64,000 nucleotides of DNA, taken from NCBI RefSeq assembly GCF_009834535.1, contig NC_045697.1, positions 34,908,001 through 34,972,000 on the forward strand, written 5' to 3'. This DNA is from Camelus ferus. Its lineage: Eukaryota. A program made the position numbers and the translations under genes. This document shows positions 11,110 to 24,312 of the stretch, in pieces. Below the pieces are notes generated by a model, which was given only the letters and a program-made list of their open reading frames with translations, searched no databases and was not told where the DNA came from. Position 1 is the stretch's first letter. The number at the start of each line of letters is the position of its first letter.

Positions 11110-13970
11110 TATTTTAAAACATAACACAAATTCAGAATATCGTATTATACAGAGAGAGCTTTATGAGTTCTTGTAAGACCACCCCCTTGTAGCCACCATT
11201 CATATCAGGAAACTAGAATTACTACCTCAAGATGCTCCACACCTATCTGCTTCCAAACACAATTCTCCCTTGACCCCCCTCTCCCAACAGTAGTCATTCT
11301 TCTTAATTTTTGTGGTAATTACTTCCTTACTTCTCTTTATAATTTTATCATCCAAGTAATTGAACTGTAGTTTTGCCTCTTTAATATATGTCTCTTTAAG
11401 TTTCTCTTAATTTATAGTTTTCCTTCAGCTCTTTACTCCTTACTCCCCTTCGTTGTTTGAAGAAACCACCATGTCAGTTGTCCTGTAGATGTTCTCAACA
11501 GACTGAGCTTTCTGTGGTGTCATTTATCAAGTTCTTCTGTATTCTTTATAGATTGGTAGTTATCTGGATTCTTGATTAGATTCAGATTTGTTATTTTTGG
11601 CAAGACTGGTTCACAGGTGGTGCTACTTCCTCAGGCCAAGGTACGTAAAGTGGGGTTGAGTCTTTCACGTGATGCTGGCAGGCGATGTCTATTTCCTTAC
11701 TTTCCAGATACTGCAAGAATTGGGTTATTTCAGTTCCTTTTTAATAATCTATCAAAATGCTTGCATAAAGAGAAACTTACTCTTTGGTTACTCAGCAGTG
11801 AAATTTTATCTCAGTACTTGTATTTACCCTTTGTTTACCAGTTTTCAAAATAAAAAATTGACAATCCTCCAAAGGTGACCAATAGTTTTCTTAGATATAT
11901 ATCATTATGAACTTTCAGATTTAAACATTTTTTAAGGTGTTATGATCTCTTCTGGGTATTTGCCCAACTTTGGTAGAACCTATTTTAAGTCTTTTTAACA
12001 CAACCCTGGTAGTCTTTGATAATGTCTTGATAAGTGGTATGACAGGATAGGCTCATCTTGTACATTTCCTGCCACAGACCTGGATTTAATTATTTCTCAA
12101 AAAAAAAAAATCCTGGTTTCTTTTGGTAGGAATTGGATTTTCAAAACCTAAGTCTATATTTTTTGTGTATTTGTTGCCTACTTTTCAGTCCTTTCCATCT
12201 TTCTTCATTTCTTCTTGTTCTGTAAAAGTTTCTTCTCATTGTTTATGTCTCTTAAAGCATAATCTATTGTGTATGGTGACTTTTTTTTTTGATGTCCAAA
12301 CTCACCAAATTGTATACATTAAATATGTGCAGCTTTTTGTATATCAGTTATAACTCGATAAAGCTTTAAACAAAGCAAAAACATCTTGCATAGAACTCGA
12401 AACATAATAAGGATATAGTAACAATTTCCAGAAATGCCCAAGAAGCTGGTGAAAGAAAAACAGCATGATGACCTAAAATGAGGGCAAGTTTTGGAATAAC
12501 ATTATATACACTTCCAATTTAAATTGTTGTGCAGCATAGAAAAAGATCAGTTTCCTAGTTCATTTTAAGAAGCTAGCATAACCTTGCCTCTAAAACCTTC
12601 TAAGGCTGAATAAAAAGGAAACCAAAGGCCAGTGTCATTTGTGTGTATTGTTGCCAGAATTAACAAAATGTTGGTATATTGAATACCAAAAAAAAAAGAT
12701 TAAAAAATCATGCTCCAGTACGTGTTTTATTAAATTTGAACTTTTAAGGAAGATATATAAAATTTGAGAATTTCTCGCTATTAAACTTTCAAAATATTTT
12801 TGCAGTTACTGTCAGAAATGAAACTCTCACTTTTGTTTTTATTCCTTCAATCCCCTTGTGTTTGGAGATTACTACAGAGAAATTTAAAATTACAACGAGT
12901 CTTATTCCTTTGTCCTCTAAATAACACCTACATTTTGTATGCAAATATCTTCTTAACATGGTGAATTTTAAAACTTTTTTTTACACTTTTTTATTGAGTT
13001 ATAATCATTTTACAGTGTTGTGTCAAATTCCAGTGTAGAGCACAATTTTTCAGTTATACATGAGCATATATATATTCATTGTCACATTTTTTTCTCTGTG
13101 AGCTACCATAAGATCTTGTATATATTTCCCTGTGCTGTACAGTGTAAACTTGTAAACAATATCTATTCTACATTTTGAAATCCGTCTGTCCCTTCCCACC
13201 CTCCACTCTCTTGGCAACCACAAGTTTGTGTTCTATGTCTATGAGTCTGTTTCTGTTTTGTGTTTATGTTTTGTTTTGTTTTGTTTTCGATTCCATATAT
13301 GAGCGATCTCATATGGTATATTTCTTTCTCTTTCTGGCTTACTTCACTTAGAATGACATTCTCCACGAACATCCATGTTGCTGCAAATGGCGTTATGTTG
13401 TCGGTTTTTATGGCTGAATTATATTCCATTGTATAAATATACCCACATCTTCTTTATCCAGTCATCTATTGATGGACATTTAGGCTGTTTCCATGTCTTG
13501 GCTATTGTAAATAGTGCTGCTATGAACTGTATGGTGACTCTTGTGTCCCTTCTATCTTAGACTTCATTTTGGAATGATTTATTTCATTTATTTAATTCTT
13601 TTCTGTGTTCCATCCCCTCACTTTTGAGTATTTTTCATTCTGCTTTATGTTCTTTCATATCTCATAATTTTCATCTTTTTTGATGTGTGTATAGTGGGCG
13701 TGATATTTGACAAGTTTTCACCATTGGTGGAAGTAGTATTCTATTCCTTATTCTCTCATGTTTCTTATAGTAACTTTATGTGGAATTTGTCCTCACTCTT
13801 TTTCTGTTGCTCATTTTTCTGTGAAGTTGGTTTTTTATAAATATTTAGAAAGGGAGTTTTTAGATTTTCTAATTTATGGCCCTAGTGCTCCCTCTTCTGT
13901 TGTTTTAGGAAACTGCTAAAAAATATAGCTACTTATTTTCTGAGATTTCTCTTTTATTGCCCTCCCCTGT
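11110..13970 (-). mobile_element. Old L1M (MD/ME-type) fragments interrupted by a younger L1 insertion
   Basis: T-rich, degenerate L1 3'-type sequence on both sides of the 12281-13527 insertion. Confidence 0.5.
12975..13527 (-). mobile_element. Young 5'-truncated L1 (ORF2 end plus 3' UTR)
   Basis: ORF 13163-13429 (-) MEYNSAIKTDNITPFAATWMFVENVILSEVSQKEK is the L1 ORF2 C-terminus. Poly(T) starts at 12975. Confidence 0.93.
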
Positions 13971-13974
13971 TTTA

Positions 13975-14622
13975 AAATTCATCCATTTAAAGTGTACAAA
14001 TCAGTGGGTTTGTTTTTTTTTTTAGTACAATTGACCCTTGAACAACACAGGTTTGAACTGCATGATTTCAATTACACATGAATTTTTTCACTAAATATGT
14101 ACTATAGTACTACTCAATCTGTAGTTGGTGGAATCCACAGATGCAGAACCATGCATATAGAGGACCAACTGCAAAGTTAAATGTGAATTTTTCCAGGGTG
14201 CAGAGGGTCAGCACCTGTAACCCCTGCATTGCTCAAGGGTCAACTGTATATTCACAGAGCTGAGCAACTATTATCACTGTCTGATTTTAGAGTCTTTCAT
14301 CACCTCATAAGAAACGTCATACTTATTACCATTCCTCACTCATTCCAGTCTCTGAGAACCACTAATCTTTCTGTCTCTGGATTTGCCTATGCTGGACATT
14401 TCATATAAACTGAATCATACAATATGTGATCATTGTCACTGGCTTCTTTCACTTAGCATAATGTTTCCAAAGTTCATCATATTGTAGCATATATTAGTAC
14501 TTTGTCCCTTTTTATTGTTAAATAATATTCCATTGTTGGACATAAGTGTATTTTGTTTATCCATTCATCAGTTGGTGGACGTTTGAGTTGTTTCCACTTT
14601 GTGCCTGTTGTGAATAATGCTG
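13975..14622 (-). mobile_element. L1MB-type 3' end, host of a Tigger2-type MITE
   Basis: CCATTTAAAGTGTACAAATCAGTGG...GGACATTTCATATAAACTGAATCATACAATATGTG...AATAATGCTGC. Confidence 0.82.
14028..14246. mobile_element. Tigger2/MER8-type TcMar MITE
   Basis: TIRs CAATTGACCCTTGAACAA... and ...TTGCTCAAGGGTCAACTG, flanked by TA on both sides. Confidence 0.9.
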
Positions 14623-16229
14623 CAGATGTTTTCTGGTAACTTGTTTATTCTTATCTATCTTTTTGTATGTATTGAAGAAAAGCTAGTGAAGCCCAATCCC
14701 AGGGGTTTCTTCTGCCTCTTATGTTTAACTTCTGCCTCTTACTGTTTAACAAATCTTCTGTTGATAACATGCTTACAAAAATAATGATAAGTAATGTACA
14801 CTAATGAAAGAAGAAATCAAAGGCTTCTATGCCTTGTTATTTTTCTTATGATTACTTATCAGCCAATACAAACTTAATATGTCTTGGTGTCATATTTATG
14901 AAACCTGCATAGGATAGTAGCCCCACAAATAAACTTTCTGAGTCTAGTTGAAAATTAAAATGGTAAAAATGACATTTTAATTTCTACTCCTGGAGGTGTT
15001 TCTCTTTTCGTTCTTGGTGAAGAACACCAATCTGGGAATCGGGAGACCTGGATTCAACCTCTGACTTTCCTGTTTATTCACTCAATTGCTCTCTGTGGTT
15101 GTGGCAATTTTCCTTCTCTGTAAACTGGAACGTTTGGAGTAGTTACTAGTAACTCCTTCAGGAAGGATTCTTTAACTCTGTAATGAGAGACTCATACTCA
15201 TTTCATCTCTGTGGTCTTTAGTACCCAGAAATTATTTTAAAGTCTTATTATGTCAGTACCCTATTGCCATCATATATGGTACACAGACCACTGAACAACT
15301 GGGATGCTGTAACTAACTATACAGTAACAGATAGTTGACAAGGAAGTACTTTTGTCCTTAGTCTTTATTTGTTAAATAACTGAATGGCCTATATATTTTA
15401 ATAAATATTTTGCTCTCCATTAGTCATGGTGGCCAGTGTTTGTCAATGTGTGTATTTTTATTGCAAACTATATTTACACTTTTAAAAAATTACACAATTA
15501 ATGTAACTTACAGTTTGGCTGACATATGACTGAAGACAAGCACTTGAAGTGTGTTTTTATATTGTAAGATGGTTTTTAATATTGGGATATATTATTTATA
15601 AGACATTTCATATTCAGTGAATATTTATCAAACTAAAAACAGTACACAGTTTACTCAGTCTCTTCATTTTAGAGTTAATTGCCTGATGAATTATCTAAAC
15701 CTTAATTTGAAAATAAATTTGTTGTTTTTATTAAATGCTTATTGAAAGACAAAAATGAATATTTTAAAATTATGAGTCTTCATATCACCCACCATTCCAT
15801 TTGAGAGATGACTTAGACACCAAAGTTAACATTCTTTGTCACCTGTCGGTTTTATAAATAGAATTCTAATTCTTGCTTGGAGCAGGTGACATTCTTTCAT
15901 TTTGTGCCTTGATTCAAGTGTAATTCTCAATAATCCAAAATGAGTAAAGAGAAATTATAGCATACTGTCATAATTAGTTTGACAATAGAGCCTAATTTAC
16001 TTAATCCCTATATTTTAGTTAATTTATAAAGACAGCTTAGGAGACTGCCTTGAGAGGCATGGTTGAATTTCTTTCCAGAGAACTGAGCTGCAGCAGGCTG
16101 AAAGGCACCATATTCCTTAGATAAGGAAGGCATGTATATGATATGCCTTACAGTTCATGTAATATTTTACATTTTACCAACACATTACTCACTTGATGTT
16201 CACAGTTAACCTATGATATTTGCTGAGAT

Positions 16230-19200
16230 TTGTTTTATTAGATTTACATCTACAAATTAATTTCTCTCTTTTTGGGGGGGTAGTAGTACAAACAGTGGTT
16301 GCATTTTTAAATCTTTATTTCCATACATTTAATTGCTTGACGTAGAGAAATACAATAGAGTTTTGTATGTTAATCTTCCATCTTGTGTCTTTCCTGAATT
16401 CACTTAATATTTCTAGAAGGTTTGTTTTGTTTCATTTTTTTAGATTCCTTGGGATTTTCTGTTAACAATCATGGAGAGTTTCTTTCCAGTCTACATGCCT
16501 GTTATTTCCTTTTCTTGCTTACTGCACTGGCTGGAGCTTCTAGCACTATGAGAATGCTGAGAACATGTATCCTTGCCTTGTTCCCCATCTTAGAGGGGAA
16601 GCATTCAGTCTTTCATCATTGTACTATCTACAGATTTTTTGTAGGTGCTTTTTATAAAGTTGAAGTTCTTATTTTATGTTTTCCTAAGAATTTTTATCAT
16701 GAATATGTATGTGTTGAACTTTGTGAGATGCTTTTTTGCATCAGTAGATACGCTGATGAGATTTTTTTTCTTCTTTAGCCTGTTATTGTGGTGGATTACA
16801 TTGATAGATTTTCAAATATTGAACCAACTTTGCATCCTGGAATAAACCCCTCTTGATAATGATAAGTAATTTTTTAAAATATATCACTGAGTTGTATTTG
16901 CTTACATTTTGTTAAGGAGTTTTACATCTATATTCCTTGAAGGTTATTGGTCTGCAGTTTTCTTTTTTGACACTGTCTATTTCTGATTTTGGTATCAGAG
17001 TGAGACTGTCTTCATAAAATGAACTGTGATGTGTTCCCTCCTCTTCTGTTTTCTGGTAGAGAGTATATAGAATTGTTGTTAATCCTTTAAACCTTTGGTA
17101 GAATTTCCCAGTGAAGCCATCTGGGCTTGGAGTTTCCTTTTTTGGAGGGTTTTGAGTTACAAAATCAGTTTCCTTAATAACTATATGGCCATTCAGTTTA
17201 TCTTTTACATATGAGATGAGTCCTGGTAGTTTGTGCATTTTGAAGAATTGGTCCATTGCATCTAAATTGTTAAATTAATGTGTGTGAGAGTGTTCTTAGT
17301 ATTCCCTTATGATCCTTTTGATGTCTTCAGGGTCTGCAGTGATGTCCCTCCCACTTCGTTACTCATGTTGGTAATTTGAGGTAGTTTTTTCTCCTTTTTA
17401 TTTTTGTCAGGCTCATCAGTGTTACTTGTCCTTTTGAAAGAACTATTTCATTGATTTTTCTGTTTTCAATTTCATTGATTTCTGCTCTTTGTTATTTTCT
17501 TCTGCTTGCTTTGGGTTTATTTCACTCTACTTTTTCTAGATTTTTTTGAAGTAGGAACTTAGATGATTGGTTTAAGACTTTTCTTCTCAGTTACGGCCCA
17601 CAAATTTTGATACCTTCTATTTTAAGTTTTATTTAGTTCTATGTATTTTAAAATTTCTGTTAAATATATTGTTGAGTTTCAGCTATCAAGTGATTTTTTT
17701 CATCTTTTTGTTGCCTTTTAGTTATTAACTTCTAGTTTGATTGTGTTATGATCAGAGAAATTTACTCTTTGTAATTTCAAATTTTTTTTAAACTGTTGAA
17801 GTTTGCTGTATGGACCAGGGTACAGTCTATCTCGGCTTATATTCTGTGGGCACTTGAATGTGCATTCTGCTCTTGTTGAGTGGACTGTTCTGTAAATGTC
17901 AGTTAGATCCTGTGGTTGGTGGTGATATTGAGTTCTTATATCCCCTTGCTGATTTTCTGTCTAGTTCTGTCAGTTGTTGAGAGGGGGCTGGTGAAGTGCC
18001 AACTGTAATTGTGGATTTGCCTCTTTCTCCTTTCAGTTCTGTAAGTTTTCCCTTCACATTATTATAATTTTTTTGTTTAGTACATACACATTTAGGATTG
18101 TTAGGTTTTCTCGGTAGTTTGACCCTGTTTTCATTATGTATTATCCTTCTTTGTCCCTGGTAAGTTTCTTTTTAATTATCTGATACTAATATAGCCATCA
18201 TGCTTTCCTTTTGTATTGTTAGCACATGTTTTCCATCCCTTAACTTCAACCTCCCTATATTTTTCTATTTGAAGTGAGTTTCTTATAGACAGCTCAAAGT
18301 TAGGTTATGTTTTAAATGCATTTCTACCAAATCTCTGTCTTATGATTGGTGTAGGTACACCATTTACATTCATGTAATTATTGATATGCTTAGGTTTGCC
18401 ATTTTATTTGTTGTTTTCTGTTTGTTTTTTGTTTTTCATTTCTCTATTTTCTTTTGCCTGCTGTCCTGTGGGTTACCTGCATATTCTTTAGAATTCCATT
18501 TTGATTTATGTATAGTGTTTTTGAGTACACATATTTGCATAGTTATTGTAGCGGTTGCTTTACATTATGTATATATAACATCATATGTGCTTATCACAGT
18601 CTGTTGGTGTTATCATTTTATCAGTTCAAGTCAAGTATGTAAACGTTACCTTTTTTCATGTTCCTTTACTTTGCTTCATTTATAATTGTTTTAAATGTTT
18701 CCTTTACATAATATGTTTCTAGCTACAATAGTATTAAAATTTTTTCTTCAACCTGCACATATAGCTTTGAAAACTCAGAAAGCCTATGTGTCTACCCGTA
18801 TTTTTGCTTACCTGGTTCATGCTTCCTTTCTGATATTCCAAGGTTCCATCTTTTTATCATTTTCGTTTTGTTTATCTAGCTGTTTTTTGTGGGGGTAGGT
18901 GTGCTGGGCACAAATTATCTTGGTTTTCTGTTGTCTGAAAATGTCTTGATTTTCCCTTAATTCTTGTAGGATATTTTCTCTAGGTATAAGATGCTGGGTT
19001 GACATTTCTTTCAACTCTTGAAAAATACTGTGCCACTCCTTCTGGCCTCTATTGGTTTTGATGAGAAATCGGCTCTTGTTGGAATCCATTTCCCCCTATA
19101 GGTTAGGTGTTTTCTCTCTCTGATATCAAGGTTTTCTCTTCTGTTTAGTTTTCAGAAGTTTGACTATGATGTGTCCTGGCATGGATTGCTTTGGATTTAT

Positions 19201-20700
19201 CTCGTTCGGTATTTTCTTAGTTCCTTGAATCTGTAGGTTTATGTCCTTTGCCAACTATGGGAAATGTTCATATATGGAAGATCATTATTTCTCACAGTAC
19301 TTTTTGTCGTCTCTTTCTCCTTTCCTCCCTGTACTCCAGTGACATGCAAATGTTAGGGCTTGTTAGGTCTTTTCAGGTCCCTGAAAGCTCTGTTCTTTTT
19401 ATTTTTTTCCAGTTTATTTCCTTTCTATTGTTTAGATTGGATAATATCTTTTGTTCTATCAGTTCACTGATTTCTCCCCCCACTATCCTTTCCATTCTGC
19501 TATTGACCTCATTCACTGAGTTTTTTATTTTGGTTAGTGCAGTTTTCAGTTTTAAAATTTACATTTGATTCCCACTTCTGTGTATCTTCTGTTTATTTGC
19601 TGAGACTTTCTATTTCTGCTTCAAGTGTTTGGAATTACTCATTCAAGCAATTTTATGATAGCTACTTTAAAATCTTTGTTAGATAATTCTAGCGTCTCTG
19701 TCATCTTTTGTTGATATTTCTTGATTGTCTCTTTTATTTAGTTTAAAATCTTCCTGGTTCTTGGTATGATGATTGTTTCCCCCTCCCCCCCAGTCAGTCC
19801 TCCCGACCTCAGGCAAATATCTGATTTGGTTTAGTTACCATAAGTTGTATTTGCCTAATTTTTGAGAGTCATTCTTGTTGTATCAGCAATTTTCTTCTTT
19901 ATTGCTGAGTGGTATTCTGTTGTGTGGATATACAGTTTGTTTACCCGTTCACCTGCTGATGGACATTGAGCAGTGTCTGATTGAATGGAGTGTTCTGTAA
20001 ATGTCAGCTCAACTTGATTGGTGGTGGTGTTCATGTCTTCTGTACCCTTTCTGATTTTTCTGCCTATTTGTTTCATCTCTTACTGAGAAAGGAGTGTTGA
20101 AATACCTAATTAATTCTGTACTTTTTTTGTTCTTACTTTCAGTTATGTCAGTTTGTTCCATGTGTTTTGTGTATCTGTTTTGGAGTATACATAGTTAGGA
20201 GTCTTACGTCCTCTTGCTGAATCGACTCCTTTAACATTACGAACTCTATCTCTGGTGGTAATTTTTTTCTGATACTGTGAACACCAACTTTTTCATGATC
20301 AGTGTTCTATGGGGTATCTTTTTTATCCTTTTGCTTTTAACCTATGTCTTTGTAACTGAAATGTGTTTCTTTTAGATAGCATGCTGTTCTTGCTTTTTGT
20401 CCATACTGGGAGTATTTACCCTTTAATTAGAGTAATTATTATTTACATTTAATACAGTTATCAGTATGGTTGGTTTAAAGTCTCTCTCACAAATTGTTTT
20501 CACCCCCTGAAAAAGCCAGGGTACCAATAGAGCTCATCACATTTATTTTCCTTTTTTCAGGGATTATAGTCCTGTATTGCCGGTTGTCCAATATTTGAAA
20601 ACTGTTCCATGTATTTTATCCAGTTTTATAGGTATTTATTACAGGAGGGTAAGCCCCTCCCCCATTTTTGTCAGCATGATTGGAAGCTCCTATGGTGGTT
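16230..20700 (-). mobile_element. Large degenerate L1M element(s) with ORF2 and ORF1 remnants
   Basis: ORF 16912-17256 (-) MDQFFKMHKLP...SPDGFTGKFYQRFK is L1 ORF2-like. ORFs 18817-19089 and 19855-20076 are L1-derived. Confidence 0.88.
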
Positions 20701-22126
20701 TTAAAATAAATATCTTGAGTTCCATTCCAGACTAGATTCTCTGGGGGTTATGCCTGGGCTTCCTTCCCCCACCCCACACCCCTTTTTCTTTTCTCTTTTT
20801 TTTAAAGTTCCTTGGGATTCTGGCACACAGTCAAGTTTGAGAATCATAGCACTAGGGTTTTGGGATCAAGCAGAGATAATTTGAACACATCGAGTATTGG
20901 GTCCTAGTGTATCTTACGTGTGGAGGTGCTGACATTTTGGACTTTGATCAGACAAAATACAGAGAAGATCAGCTAGCAAGGAAGGAGGCTATGTACAAAA
21001 AGCCTTATTGAAGGGAAGGTACAAAATACATTTTCACTCTTTGGTAGTTTTAGAGCTAAGGTTTATCCCCTCTTCTTTCTCTTAGACACCAGATGAAAGA
21101 TAGTTGCCAGGCTCATCCGTTCTTTGCTCTCCTCTCCGATACTGTGGTAGAGCCTTACTGTTACTTAATCTTCAGACAGATTAGTAGATATGAGGAGAAT
21201 GAAGTTGTGTGCATAATAACCCGTTTCTATGGTTTTAGGACCAAATCCCTTGCTCAAGCTTTTGCTCTACTCGTATTCTCAGCAAACTAATGGAAGTTGA
21301 GAGAGAATAGGGTGACTCTGATCCATTTCTCCTTCGCCCCCTACCCTGCCCTCTCCTGCCTTCTCTGCCTGACTCCATTCACTCTGAACTCCACCCCAGA
21401 GTTCTTTGTTAAGTAAAGGATATTAAGGTAATATTTTTATTTACATTGTATGTAGCATTTGGGTATTTGAAGAAACTAAAGCTGATATCCTTCTAGAAGT
21501 GATTTATCCAAATAGAATAAACAGAAAACGATGAATGTATCCCTCAGGAGATCTGAACTTGTAATGCTAAGGGACCACCACAATAATAAAATTTATTTAA
21601 AGTCTTATTTTGGTTTAAAAATTAATGCGAACTGTACATTTAATTCTTTCATGTATCATTTGTTTTAATACAAGTGTTTTAACTAGCCACTTAGTAGAAT
21701 TGACATTCCAAAAGAATGTACCATCTTTATTCCTGTGACTTCATATACCTTTTGATAAACCCCTAGATTTGTAACTTCCCTACTTGGTGAAGCACAACAA
21801 TAGAAACAGGTTTAGTTTCTAAATACTGAGTTACACTATGGATAATACAGGACTTGGAGGTACACCCACCAGATACTTGACACATGTTTACATGAATGTT
21901 GCTTTGAGGAGAAAGTGTTTCAAATTCTAGTGAACCCTCTAGTAGTCAGCATTTTTTTTTTTCCCTCACCTGAAGAATGTAGCTCAGGTTGGTTGCTACA
22001 GGAAACAGAATGCTATGGTGCCTTTTCTGGACTTGTTGATTTCTAGCTGACCTAGTTAAAACACTGTTGTCAAGGATAGTTGGAGTCCTCTGAGTGAGGA
22101 GTTGGTTATTTAAGACCTACCAATGA

Positions 22127-22609
<483 letters not shown>

Positions 22610-22920
22610 TAAGTGGTAAATGCTCTGTTTCAACATCCTGGAGCATAGGAAAGCGGGTAGACTGGAATTACCCTCATCTCTGCATTTGAAAGAGTCCTAG
22701 TGGGTTTCCACTAGAGTCTTAATATAGTTTGAATAAAACATTACTTTCTTGTTTTAAAAATATTCTCACTTGGGACATTAGGGTATTATGTCACTTTGGT
22801 TCAGATTAAATTTGCCCACATGCCTAAAAATAACATGATTAAGCATCGTGGCAAAACCCTGGAAAAAAATTGTTGGAACCACTCCATTTGGTTGTGATAT
22901 TTGTTCATTTTGAATATATA

Positions 22921-23050
22921 TATTTTAATTTTTTAATTTGGGGGGTAATTGGGTTTATTTATTTGTTTTTTAATGGAGGTGCTGGGATTGAACCCAGGAC
23001 CTTGTGCATGCTAAGTACATGCTCTACCACTGAGTTAAACCCTCCCCCTC
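22921..23050 (-). mobile_element. tRNA-derived SINE (camelid Vic-like)
   Basis: Reverse complement reads GAGGGTTTAACTCAGTGGTAGAGCATGTACTTAGCATGCACAAGGTCCTGGGTTCAATCCC (A and B boxes). Imperfect TSD TTCATTTT(G/T)AATATA. Confidence 0.88.
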
Positions 23051-23059
23051 TTCATTTTT

Positions 23060-23269
23060 AATATAATAATATTCAATATATTAAATATATTGAGTAATAT
23101 ATAAATATATTAAAATATTTTATATATAATAGTTATATATGATATAAATGTATCAAACAAGTATATTACTATTATAAATATATTTAATAATATATAATAA
23201 ATATATTAAATAATAAATATGTTAAAAGCATATTAGAACCAATAAATATATTAAAAGCATATTAGAACC
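23060..23269. repeat. AT-rich low-complexity tract ending in a 29-bp tandem duplication
   Basis: AATAAATAT(G/A)TTAAAAGCATATTAGAACC occurs at 23212-23240 and 23241-23269. Confidence 0.9.
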
Positions 23270-24207
23270 TAGAGTGAGATTTAAATAAAACTTCTAGCTA
23301 CCAAGCCTGAGTATATAATCCAAGAGGGTAGTTTTCAAGCTTTGCTACAATTCAGTATCTTCTGTGGAATTTACGTAAATATAGAGGCCTAACTTTTATC
23401 CACAAAAAATAGATCTGGTAGGAAACCCAAAATCTGTGGGTATGCTTTTTTATTTGTTTGTTTAATCTTCAGGTAATTCTGGGCCTAACCATGTTGGGAA
23501 CCATGTATCTATAATCTTGTACTTTCTAGGAATGTGATTACCACCATCAGTAAACTTAGGTGTCAAATCTAACTAAACTTGTAGTATTTATTTGCATGGG
23601 GGGAGAAAAAGCTTTTGTGCCATAAGCATTAAAACTGAATTACCCATACTTCTTTTTTTCTAAGATGAACATACTGCATTGTAACATTAGTAGTAGAACA
23701 CGACAGCTTTCTGCTGTGCACTGTGCTAGATAACATGCACCTCATTTTCACAATAGCACCAGATGTGTGGGTGCCATTACAGTTCCCATGTTTAGAGGAG
23801 GATGTTAAAATTTAATGAGGTTAAGTAATTCACCATGTACTTCAACTGTGTTCCAAGCGTGCCTTACTTCAGAGTTGTTTTAAGCACTGTCCCATGCTGC
23901 CTCTCTAGTGATGGTGACACTCCACCTCTAATATCACATTCCTCAACTACCCCTCAAATAAATAAGTAAGTAATAAATTTGGTGATCTAGCTCATTTTCC
24001 TCTTACTCTGGTAGCTATGTTCATAAAAAGAGGTGAATGAAGTCACCTGATGTCCAGTAAAACTTGAAAGTTGTGGAAATGCTGAGTGTGGGGTCATTGT
24101 GCTAAAAGTGTTTGAGAGCTCTGATCCTAGTAGTCCCCTGGAACATTGGATCGTGGTGCCCTGCAAAGAAATTAATATATGGAAGATAGCATGGTAATGT
24201 TCCATAA

Positions 24208-24312
<105 letters not shown>

